A stretch of 64,000 nucleotides of DNA from a virus (Duplodnaviria > Caudoviricetes), in the IMG/VR virus record IMGVR_UViG_3300021387_000452; one strand, 5' to 3'. Positions 54,331 through 64,000 of the stretch are shown here, piece by piece (within the stretch, counting starts at the first letter, position 1; each line of letters opens with the position of its first letter). The translations under genes were made by a program, and so were the position numbers. Under the pieces are notes generated by a model. It did no database searches, was not told where the DNA came from, and saw nothing but the letters and a program-made list of their open reading frames with translations.

Positions 54331-56364
54331 TTACCATGTAGGATCAGTTTTGTCAATAGGTATTTTGCCACCATCGTTATATAAATTTGCGTTAGATACT
54401 GTTGGAAACTGAGTGAATCCGCCGTTTAGCATGCTTGTCTTAAATGCAAGTGCTACGTGATTTATATTACTATAGTCGTCTTCACTTTCTGGTCTGTGGT
54501 ACATTATATCTTCTCGATCAGCTTCTACTGTATATTGAGTACCATTTGTGTTACACAGCTTAAAGTAAGCAAATCCAATTAGTCTCTCATTTGACAATGA
54601 GGCGCCTTCCTTACCACCACTTGAGTAGTCACCAGTCACTATTGGAAGTATCATATGCTTTGGAGCAGCTTCAAAACTATTAATTAAATTGTTTAAATCT
54701 ACAACTTCAGTGATTATTTTATGTGAAGCTGATGCGATGTACGGTAAATGAGTAGGAGACTCAAATGCAACACTAGCCCTGTTGCTGTAATAATCTACAC
54801 CCATAAACATCCATCCGTGTGACATTAGCTCAACGATATCATTCATTGATTTCTCAGTACCATCAAGCGGGCATACACCAACCTTGTAAAATACATCACT
54901 ATATGATACGCTTAATTCTTCGCCTGTCTCTGCGTCATAATCAGTTGATTGTATAACAAATGAAGTTGTTCGTAACTGAATATCGTACTTTGGTTTTTTA
55001 TCATAGTTAAGTGCTATTGACATAACACCATTAGTAAATGCATTATCATCTGGTGTAATACTTTCATCTTCATTTGTCTTTTTATTTATTAGTGGATCTA
55101 TAGTAACATTTACATCGCTTATACTGCACTCAACCAGGTCTTCTCCCCAATTATTAAGAACTGATATGTTTGAATTTGCTTTTAACAAGACAGTGTTACA
55201 TTCAGCGAATATACCATCAGCAGTAGACTCATAAGTACCGCCATCATCAGCACCACCAGATAGTTGAAATTCTATCGGAAGATCTTTAGTAACATCTATA
55301 AAGAACAAGCCACCAGTGTCATCATTAGCATGCTCAAATTTTAGAATTGAGCTAAACGCTGAATTAGAGTCATTTAGCTCAACTTCACGCCATGTATATG
55401 AGTTTGGTATGTACCACATCTGCCATGGGTCTGCTGTGCCAACTAGTGAATCATTATTATATACGCTTATATTAACTCTATTATTAGCCCCAGTGCTACC
55501 ATTACTGTGAAGAACAACTTTGTAATTATTTCCTTCTTCACCTGGAATATTAAATTCTACGTATATACCGTTTGAAACAGCGTGTGCTCTAGATGGCTTT
55601 GCTACTGGCTTAAATTTATCATTATTATCATCATTATATTTAATATATAAGTCATACTCTGGTGTAAGCTTACTATTACTATAGCTATAGTATTGGTGAA
55701 TAGTTTTGTACTTACTTCTAATGTTCCCAATAAGGCGACTTTCTACATTTAAGCTAAATACATGTAGATCGCCTTCTGAATATGTTGCATCTGTCTGAAT
55801 AGTACATATGCCATGTTCAAATTGATAGTCATCATCAAACAGCATTACTTCTTCACTTTCACCATAGCAGTTGCCATACACATGAAGATTTCCATTGAAG
55901 TCTATAGTCTGAGGCTCCTCTTCAGCATTGTCTACAACTGATATAGTGATTGATGATTCATTATATTCTATGTTAGTGCGTAGAATATTTGACGCTATTA
56001 AATTTGACCACCCTGTAAAATTATGTGGGTCATCTTCATTTGGCGATTGAACTTCAGCTGAGCCACTACATTCATACGCTGGTTCAGCTATAATATAGTC
56101 TGTATCATTATTACTATCATGAATTGTACCGTATATAAATACATCTCTAACTATGTCATTCCAATTGCCGCTTAGACTTAAATATACTGATGACCCATCA
56201 GTATCAAAGTGGTCTACTGTAAATATGTCATCTCCAGTTACTGATTTTTTAAAATATAGAGAGCTATTTTCCATCATGAAATTGACTAGTGATCTAACAG
56301 GTGCCGATTTCTTTTCTAAGCCTGGAAAAGATACACTAACAATCATATTATCATTATCTGCCAT
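54331..56364 (-). CDS. Large putative virion structural protein, paralog of 44427-46916
   Basis: PGEEGNNYKV..LSGGAD (sheath-like internal segment) and shared C-terminal blocks. Confidence 0.55.
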   Translation of the reverse strand: MADNDNMIVSVSFPGLEKKSAPVRSLVNFMMENSSLYFKKSVTGDDIFTVDHFDTDGSSVYLSLSGNWNDIVRDVFIYGTIHDSNNDTDYIIAEPAYECSGSAEVQSPNEDDPHNFTGWSNLIASNILRTNIEYNESSITISVVDNAEEEPQTIDFNGNLHVYGNCYGESEEVMLFDDDYQFEHGICTIQTDATYSEGDLHVFSLNVESRLIGNIRSKYKTIHQYYSYSNSKLTPEYDLYIKYNDDNNDKFKPVAKPSRAHAVSNGIYVEFNIPGEEGNNYKVVLHSNGSTGANNRVNISVYNNDSLVGTADPWQMWYIPNSYTWREVELNDSNSAFSSILKFEHANDDTGGLFFIDVTKDLPIEFQLSGGADDGGTYESTADGIFAECNTVLLKANSNISVLNNWGEDLVECSISDVNVTIDPLINKKTNEDESITPDDNAFTNGVMSIALNYDKKPKYDIQLRTTSFVIQSTDYDAETGEELSVSYSDVFYKVGVCPLDGTEKSMNDIVELMSHGWMFMGVDYYSNRASVAFESPTHLPYIASASHKIITEVVDLNNLINSFEAAPKHMILPIVTGDYSSGGKEGASLSNERLIGFAYFKLCNTNGTQYTVEADREDIMYHRPESEDDYSNINHVALAFKTSMLNGGFTQFPTVSNANLYNDGGKIPIDKTDPTW

Positions 56365-56634
56365 AGTGCAATCTCCATTGTATAAGTTGTTCAAGTCTTC
56401 TAACTCGAGATTCTAAACCAAGTTTATGCTTATCATAATCATTAGATCTTTTCATGTAAGATCTCATATCCTCTTTAATAGGATTGATGTCAACTTTAAT
56501 CCCTTCAATCCTAAGCATCGGTCTACTGTTTAATATACCGAATAAATCATCCTCTTTAATATCACCCTTGTACTCTACAACTTCATCATATGTATAAAGA
56601 TCTGGATCTAGCCCTTGAATTTCTCTATTCATAT

Positions 56635-57654
56635 TTATTTCTCCGCTTTCTTTGCGTGTTTTTCAATATGATCTTTTAATTTCTTTGGCATATTCTTAAG
56701 CTCATCCAGTGTGAATTTTGAAATGAAGAAATCATTTGATCTCATAATATATGATTTACCAATCTTATTTATTGTAAAGTGATCTTTCTTTCCATTCTTA
56801 TATACTATTTCAATAGTCCACTTTTTGTCACCTACATCACCTTCAATAACTTCCATATCATAGTTAGGGAATTCCTTTTTAATATCATAGGCAATTTCGT
56901 GTGCAAGCTCTGAATCATTATTCTTTTTATTATCCTCTGTATTCTTTTCAGCCTGCTCAATATGTTTTGCAATATGGTCTATCACAGTCTGTGGCACGTT
57001 TAGAGTACCATCATCTGGGTCATCTGAGAACTTTACTTTTAACTTGTCTTTGTCTGATGCCATAGTATAGTCGTCTTTGCTATCATTTGGCTTCACCATA
57101 GAGATGTTTTCTTTGTTACCGTCATTATAAACGAGTCTTAGAACCCAAGCATCCTTTTTATTTTTGACATCTACTTCAGAGTCAACGTCAATATCATCTT
57201 TTTTGAAGTTCATAGCAATATCAAACGCAGCAAGTTCACCATCATTTGCTGGAGTATCTTCTCGTTCGTTTATGATCTTTCCAACTCTATTTTGTTTTCG
57301 TTCTTCAATAAGTTTATAAATGTTATTCATCTTGTTTTCTAATTGGCAGAGACGAATTTCTAATGGAAAGCATGATGCTGCAGTTTGGATTATTTTATCA
57401 ACATCTACGTTATCTAATGCTGCTAGGATGAGTAGCTGCATGTTATCATTTGGATCTAAGCATAGATTATCCGCATCTGACTTACATGCATTGATTTTAT
57501 TCATCACTACTTCTTTTGCACCAGTTTCAAAGTCATCCATTGTCGTACAATTGCTTACTACTGGAGCAAAGTCATCTGCACATAATTGATCAGCAATAGC
57601 CAGTGTCTGAAGATCAGCCCAGCAATCACTACATTCTGAAATTCTCTTTACCAT
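56635..57654 (-). CDS. Hypothetical protein with two C-terminal repeated domains
   Basis: ELA.DIA..FK...W...VY.DG.KE / ELA.EIA..IK...W...VY.NGKKD duplication. Confidence 0.6.
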   Translation of the reverse strand: MVKRISECSDCWADLQTLAIADQLCADDFAPVVSNCTTMDDFETGAKEVVMNKINACKSDADNLCLDPNDNMQLLILAALDNVDVDKIIQTAASCFPLEIRLCQLENKMNNIYKLIEERKQNRVGKIINEREDTPANDGELAAFDIAMNFKKDDIDVDSEVDVKNKKDAWVLRLVYNDGNKENISMVKPNDSKDDYTMASDKDKLKVKFSDDPDDGTLNVPQTVIDHIAKHIEQAEKNTEDNKKNNDSELAHEIAYDIKKEFPNYDMEVIEGDVGDKKWTIEIVYKNGKKDHFTINKIGKSYIMRSNDFFISKFTLDELKNMPKKLKDHIEKHAKKAEK

Positions 57655-57749
57655 ATAATAACTCTCCTTAAAACGAGATTGTGTAATATCAAATCTTATT
57701 GACTACTATACTATAGATATTCTATATACATGAAATATGAGGCATAAGC

Positions 57750-58595
57750 ATGCTGATTGTTAGTAATAAATATGAGTCATTGAGAAATATCTCTGAGTCA
57801 AAACTAAGTGATGATTATGAGAGTCTTATCGCTAATAGCATAAATTCACTAAGCAAAGATCATACATATTTTGCTGAGCGCCCAGTAAGTAATAACAAGT
57901 TCAGCGATGTGTTCATTAAAAGAAATGATGGAGTGTCTTCTTGGATTGAGGTGAAGATGGATCATCATGCTGGGCTTGGTAGTCCTAGAGTGTATTATAG
58001 TGACTACGAGGGCGGTTGGTGCACGACATATAAAACACCATCTGCTGCGTTTGCAGTTGAGCTGCTTAATGCTAGCGATGAAGCTTCGTTGTGGATTAAG
58101 AATTTCAAGAAGTGGCTATGCTCAGAGTTAGAATCGTCTAATGATGATAGACTTCTTGGTACTATATGTCATCATAAAAATGATGGGCACTACACTCCAT
58201 GTGATCTAAAGATAGTTTTGCCAACAACAGCCGGTGGATTAGATCTCAAGGGAGCTATTCCAGTTGACGTGATGCAGAAGTTTGTATCTGATCATAATAG
58301 AAATATTCTTAATTATGAATGTGATATTACAAGTGTAGTTGAAGATCACTACTTAAAAGGAAAGCAAGAGCCGGCTCACTATATCCAGATTGGAGATGAT
58401 TTATATAGAGTCGGTGAAGATAATCCGTTTAACTGGGAAGTGCCAAGATTATCAATACCATCTGGAAACATTATTGCTAGAATATCAATTAGTAGTAATA
58501 AGTTATATGAGATACAAGTAGATATAAAGTCTCATGACTACTGTAGCAGCGACTATTCTCTGAGACTTGACTCTAAAAAGATGAGGCCGTTCTAA
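57750..58595 (+). CDS. PD-(D/E)xK nuclease-like protein
   Basis: E...SDVFIK...WIEVK. Confidence 0.6.
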   Translation: MLIVSNKYESLRNISESKLSDDYESLIANSINSLSKDHTYFAERPVSNNKFSDVFIKRNDGVSSWIEVKMDHHAGLGSPRVYYSDYEGGWCTTYKTPSAAFAVELLNASDEASLWIKNFKKWLCSELESSNDDRLLGTICHHKNDGHYTPCDLKIVLPTTAGGLDLKGAIPVDVMQKFVSDHNRNILNYECDITSVVEDHYLKGKQEPAHYIQIGDDLYRVGEDNPFNWEVPRLSIPSGNIIARISISSNKLYEIQVDIKSHDYCSSDYSLRLDSKKMRPF

Positions 58596-59632
58596 TGCTT
58601 ATTGTAGCTAAAAATTATAATTCAATATTTAATATTATTCAAGAAAGCAAGAAATCAGATCAGTTTGAAATTGATGTTGTAGAATACTTAAACTATACCT
58701 ATGGAGATCTTGGTTTGAAGTTCATTAGAGTTGGCGGGTCTGATTCTACAAAGTCAGATATTTTTATCAAAGTTACTAACTCTGATGATAGAAATAATAG
58801 TAAATATATTGAGTGTAAGATGGCTAGAGCTCAAGCAGCGCACGTTACACTAGATGAAGTTAAAGATGGTAGCGGCAATGTTACCGCGTATGAATATCCA
58901 GGTAATTTAGATGAGAATGATGAAGATGATATTGCTTTAAAAAATATCATTTCATTCATTAATGAAAAATTAGGTAGTGGAGAAATAAGTAAAGATCATC
59001 CATATTTACGCATCGGAAAAAATCAAGAACCAGTACAATCAAATTTTGACAAAGCTATAATTAGACATTATAAGAAGCTAGGCGTTGATTATATCGCAAG
59101 TGGCTCATCTGGTAAAAACCCAATTATAATTAAGCTACAAAATGTTGGAACATACTTTGATATAACAGCTACATTTAGAGTGCTGCCATCTGGATCAAGA
59201 GATGTTCCTAAGATGTATGTAAAAGATATTATCACTGATAATAACTTTGAAAAATATACATTCTTTACTGGCCCTAAGAACGATGTCAGCAACTTATTGC
59301 CTGTTTCAGTTAGTGAAGATACATTGTTAATAAATGGTTATCCAGCTGATAAAAAATTTCTTAATGCAAGTCTATATATTAAGACTAGTAATCAGCTAGA
59401 TGATAGAATTCCAGTGAAGCTACATAATGGTAAGACAGTGTATATTGTATTTCAAAGTCCTATAAATGGCTATTCAAAAGTAAGATTTAGCTCATATAAG
59501 GGACCTGATTCTGAGCAATCTAAGCCATCTATAAATTTTTCTGTCTATCTTACAACTGATAAACAGCCAGACAAGGATAAGCAAGACTTTGAGCAGTATC
59601 TTAATAATCTTAAAGAATCGCTTAATGAATAA
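58595..59632 (+). CDS. PD-(D/E)xK nuclease-like protein, paralogous N-terminus
   Basis: FE...SDIFIK...YIECK. Confidence 0.6.
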   Translation: MLIVAKNYNSIFNIIQESKKSDQFEIDVVEYLNYTYGDLGLKFIRVGGSDSTKSDIFIKVTNSDDRNNSKYIECKMARAQAAHVTLDEVKDGSGNVTAYEYPGNLDENDEDDIALKNIISFINEKLGSGEISKDHPYLRIGKNQEPVQSNFDKAIIRHYKKLGVDYIASGSSGKNPIIIKLQNVGTYFDITATFRVLPSGSRDVPKMYVKDIITDNNFEKYTFFTGPKNDVSNLLPVSVSEDTLLINGYPADKKFLNASLYIKTSNQLDDRIPVKLHNGKTVYIVFQSPINGYSKVRFSSYKGPDSEQSKPSINFSVYLTTDKQPDKDKQDFEQYLNNLKESLNE

Positions 59633-62600
59633 TAATAAAACAAAAGCTCAGATGGAATCCATCTGAGCTTTAATTGTATCTAGACCTCGTTAGTTATATC
59701 ATTTGGATCTTCATCCACGCTAGTTGGTGAAATTTCATCGACTAGATTCAACGCAGTCCTAACATATAATTCTACAAGATCTATTTGAATTGGGCTATGA
59801 TTTGCATTTCTGCAAACATCTAGTGCACCAAGTAGGTAGTATCTCAAGAAGTGTAGATAAGTTTCAACAGACTTCTTCGCCATCATAATCACCTCTCACA
59901 AAAAGATTATATGTGATTATCATACCGAGCCCCTGGTGAAGTTTGTTCATTATCTTGTTGATATTACTTACACAAATCTTTTACGAATCTTACACATATC
60001 TTTTCTAACATTCTTTCATATGATGCTATAGCTTCAGCAAAATCATCATCATACAAGTCATCATGCTCATCCATCATCTCTTTAACAGAGTCTAATAATG
60101 TAATTAGCTCTACAGTTGGCTTTATGTCGTCAAAGTCTGAGCTCTTATCATCTTGTTCTTCATTAACTAAGTTAGGTATGATTGACTGATTAGATGAAAG
60201 TATAGCTTTGAAACTCATCTCAACTATATACTTATCACGAATACCAGCGCCTGAATAGAGTCTTGTTGGTGATACAGAACATAAACTATATTTTCTAATG
60301 ACTACATTGTTTGAATCATACATTGTTAGCTCTGCATTTGGTTGCTTAGGTAAAGATGGCTGTTGACGATGCCATACACTAAATGAATGCAGCACATCTG
60401 AGTTGCATGTATGTATAATATCAAAGTACACACTGTTTCCATCTATTGAAAAGTCACAGGCACTAAATTCTGCATTGTTTATATTACTGAATTCTGAATC
60501 AGTAAATACTACTAACATGTGATCAACAACCGATTCCATATCATGTCTCCATCTGATTATATGCTATTTCCATTGTTTACAATCTCTTCTAATTCCAGAC
60601 TATACTTATCATTCAAGTCTCTTCCAAGCTCTCGTATGTAAGCATTCTCACACCCATTAACATGACAGAATATATGAATGATATCGATTAACGCTTGTGC
60701 TACAATTTGAATGTTACGCTCTGCGATTAGTTCTTCATCAGTTCTCATTTTGTTTACACTCCTCACGTAGCTTCTTGAAAAGTTTGTGAATTCTTTTATA
60801 GTTGGGACTTTTCTTTTTAATACGAATTGTACATGAGATAGGCTCTCTTGGAATATTGAAAGATTCAATCAGTTGCTTTATTTCTGTGCAGCTTCTTTTT
60901 AGACTTTAACAGTTCAGGAAAACTGTATTCTTTTGAAAACTCTAAAAAGTCATTATAAGCATTATCTATAATAAACCAATGACCATCATCAAAACACCAT
61001 GCTTTAAACCAGTCTGAATGAAACGGCTGCATATCCCACTCTTGATCGTATGGTATAAAGTCGTCATACTCTTTATCATAATAGCATTCTATAGCTTCAC
61101 CGCTGTGAAATATGCAAATGACACTTGCACCATCTTTTGGTCTATGCCCGGTTGAAATTAAATGCCATGCTCTTCTATTCATATTGCTATGCTCCAAAAA
61201 TAGATCTCAAATCATCTTTGTCTGACACGCTATATAAGGTATATAGCTTATAATTACATGATAGCACTGCCCCATAGTAAGCATCATATTGTTTTCCAAA
61301 TATATTGTACTTCATTACATGAGTGTCAATATGATTAGCAATGAATACAGCAGCTGCTCTCATACTTGAGAAATAGATTTGAATAAATTCTCTATTACCG
61401 TCTTTTACCGGATTTGAGAATACTACTTTACATAGCTTCTTTCGATATGATCTTTCTTGTGGGTTAGACGTTACACACTGTGTAAATAATTCAATATTTA
61501 CTATGTGGTTATTTACGTCAAACTTTTTGCTATATCTTGTCTTATGTCTTTTCATAGAATTACGTCTCTAACAACGTTGTTGCTCACAATCTTTATTACA
61601 CATTGCTTTTATCTTTTCAACTTCACGCTTGTAAATAGGCTCACTATCATAATCAGTTTTGTACCAATGAACAGTATGCTCATCTTCTTTGACAGCTTTT
61701 GAAATATTTACACGACGGCATAATAATTTAACCATGCAGTCAGCCTGTTCGCATACATATTCATAGCTGTAGTCAGGTGCAAAGTAAGAAGCCATTGCAT
61801 AAAACATATTACACTTAGAGAGTGTATCATTTATTGTTATAGCATATAAATACTGACCTACTTTAAGGTTTTCAATATATGGCGCATCTTGTCGTCCTTC
61901 CGCAATAACCCTAAGACCGCTTGCGAAATTATCAACCAAAATTGCACATGGAATTACGCCACGGTTACTCATATCATCGCTCATACTAATATCTCCTTAT
62001 AGAATAACATCCCTAACAATGCGGCTATACCAAATAGGATCGTCTTTATAAATATCAGCCCATTTCTTTATGTATTTATTAACATATTCATCACTGAATG
62101 CTACAGCGCCACTCCAATCGTAGAATATGTTATTTATCCTGCAGAGAAAATGTCCATCAACGGTGTCATAGTATATCACCGGATCATCTAGCTCAAATCG
62201 TGTTGCTAAGATAACTGCAAAATAATAACAGTTACCTGTTTTCCAATTGCAATCGATTTTGAATCGTCTATCAATAAATTCTAATACTTCTTGTGCTATC
62301 ATATTAATCACAGTCGTGAAATAAATCAATATGGTTTTCTCTTGCTTCTAATTACAAGAAGCCTCTATATCTTTAATATATACCCAAGAGTCAAAACGTG
62401 TTTCAGGATCGTAATTATACTCTAAATCACTTAAAAGCCATTTGCTGTCTTTAACAGAAGTTCCAGATTCTAGATTGCCAACCATATATTCAATGAATGA
62501 TTTATCTTTACCTGTTACAGGATTATACACAGTCACTGTCTTAAATCTTATTAAAACAGGATTATCAACGTCTGGCAATTTCTCAGAAAGTTTAGTCCAC

Positions 62601-62736
62601 TTCATTATTAACTCCATTGTTTAGCTAACTCTATTTTACTGTATTGCAATGGCACTAGTGAAACTAGCAATAATTATATACAACAAAACCCATAGAGATT
62701 TAATGGTCTCTATGGGTTCATTTCATTTATGAGCTT

Positions 62737-63012
62737 TTAAAGCTCAGAGTAAATTTCTAGCAAGATGTTCTCTGCCTGAGATATGCGATCCTTTGCCAGT
62801 GCTATAGCATCTATCACTTCGTCACTATAGTCAAATATGCCTTTGCCATTTACTGCATCGATATAACTAATTAAATCGTGCATATTTGATTGTGCTGAAG
62901 CCAAAGCACGACTTACTGCATCAGCTTTAATTTTAGCTGGATCTTTCATTTCATTCTTGACTTTGAGTGCTTTCTCAAGTCTAGCAATTCTTGCTTCTAA
63001 TTTCTTATCCAT
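62737..63012 (-). CDS. Hypothetical protein with N-terminal LxxRxxRLE motif
   Basis: LEARIARLEKALKVKNE. Confidence 0.6.
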   Translation of the reverse strand: MDKKLEARIARLEKALKVKNEMKDPAKIKADAVSRALASAQSNMHDLISYIDAVNGKGIFDYSDEVIDAIALAKDRISQAENILLEIYSEL

Positions 63013-63027
63013 AATTATTCTCCAATA

Positions 63028-64000
63028 TTATACGAATGGCAATTTCATTTGTCGTGGATCATCTTTGCTAGTGCCTCTAGCTTTAACCCTAGAAATAAAT
63101 TCAGCTATATCATACCGAACAGTCTTTAATAAATCGACATCATTATAGTTGTCCAACACTTTATTGATATATGCAGCTACAATAATCATGTCATCTTCAG
63201 TCATGCCAATCGTAGTTAGAATCGGAGTCCCAAGTCTGATGCCAGAAGGATTTGCTGGTGGTCGTGTATCGTATGGAATTGTACTATAATTACATTCAAT
63301 CCCTGCTTTTTCAAGAGCTACAGCTGCAGTTTTACCATCGATATTTTTATTTGTAACGTCTACAACAAGAAGATGAGAATCAGTTCCACCAGATACTACT
63401 CTAAACCCATAGATATTCTGAAGAAGATCAGCTAGCTTCTGAGCGTTCTTCACAGTTTGATGAGCATAATTCTTAAACTCTTCAGTCATTGCTTCTTTAA
63501 GAGCTACAGCAATACCAGCGATATTATTCATATGCGGTCCGCCTGAATTTCCTGGAAATACTGCTCTATCGATTTGCTTTGCAAGATCTGGCTTGCATAA
63601 AATAATAGCGCCTCTTGGTCCACGTAACGTTTTATGTGTAGTCATTGTAACTACATCAGCATACGGAATCGGTGAAGGATATGCGCCACCAACAATCAAG
63701 CCAGCGACATGAGCAACATCAGCAACTAAGATGCATTTTGCTTTGTAAGCAATGACACTAAGTCGAGGCCAGTCTAGAACTCTGCTATACGCTGTGGTTC
63801 CGATTATCATCATCTTTGGTTTGATGTCACAAGCAAATGCTTCAAGACTATCATAGTCTATAAACTCTGTTTTAGGATCTACATCAAATTGATGAACTTC
63901 GTAATTCTTACCAGTGAAATTTACTTTATGTCCGTGGGTGAGATGCCCGCCCGAATTAAGACCAAGCCCAATGACTTTGTCACCAATGTTACATATTGCA
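63028..64000 (-). CDS. glyA: Serine hydroxymethyltransferase, 5'-truncated by the window edge
   Basis: GGHLTHG, DVAHVAGL, TTHKTLRGPRG, SGGTDSH, SGIRLGT; the frame stays open to the window end. Confidence 0.95.
   Translation of the reverse strand, partial: AICNIGDKVIGLGLNSGGHLTHGHKVNFTGKNYEVHQFDVDPKTEFIDYDSLEAFACDIKPKMMIIGTTAYSRVLDWPRLSVIAYKAKCILVADVAHVAGLIVGGAYPSPIPYADVVTMTTHKTLRGPRGAIILCKPDLAKQIDRAVFPGNSGGPHMNNIAGIAVALKEAMTEEFKNYAHQTVKNAQKLADLLQNIYGFRVVSGGTDSHLLVVDVTNKNIDGKTAAVALEKAGIECNYSTIPYDTRPPANPSGIRLGTPILTTIGMTEDDMIIVAAYINKVLDNYNDVDLLKTVRYDIAEFISRVKARGTSKDDPRQMKLPFV

Noticed and set aside
11530-63148. Many short plus-strand ORFs antisense to minus-strand genes
   Set aside because: Shadow ORFs with low-complexity Ser/Ile/Phe-rich translations; only 12097, 18552, 43653, 57750 and 58595 look real

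Overview
AT-rich segment of a large (probably jumbo, tailed dsDNA) bacteriophage genome. It is almost entirely transcribed on the minus strand and appears to use the standard genetic code. From left to right: (i) a partial GT32 glycosyltransferase, an SLT lytic transglycosylase, a formate/nitrite channel and an EcoRI-family methyltransferase; (ii) a 3.5 kb RNA cluster (2563-6064) with 17 canonical tRNAs, 5 tRNA-like genes with aberrant or absent anticodon arms and an ~600-nt ncRNA candidate carrying a 23S rRNA GTPase-centre mimic; (iii) thyX, a second methyltransferase and putative virion-internal proteins; (iv) a 1.4 kb non-coding region with a promoter-driven ncRNA candidate and an origin-like iteron/AT-rich/palindrome block; (v) an ~29 kb early/accessory region of short genes, including RtcB, an Rnl2-type ligase, an HslV-like protease, a sigma-like factor, an HD hydrolase and an amidoligase, organised by a repeated terminator-operator-promoter-leader-hairpin cassette (24 copies in the window, 22 of them here); (vi) two paralogous large structural proteins, a metallophosphoesterase, dCMP deaminase, two tandem PD-(D/E)xK nucleases and a partial glyA. 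The most striking observations are a 'double-elbow' RNA (a tRNA whose anticodon arm is replaced by a second, circularly permuted YrlA-like tRNA body) and the covarying leader-hairpin cassettes. All calls were made by eye; no database searches were run.
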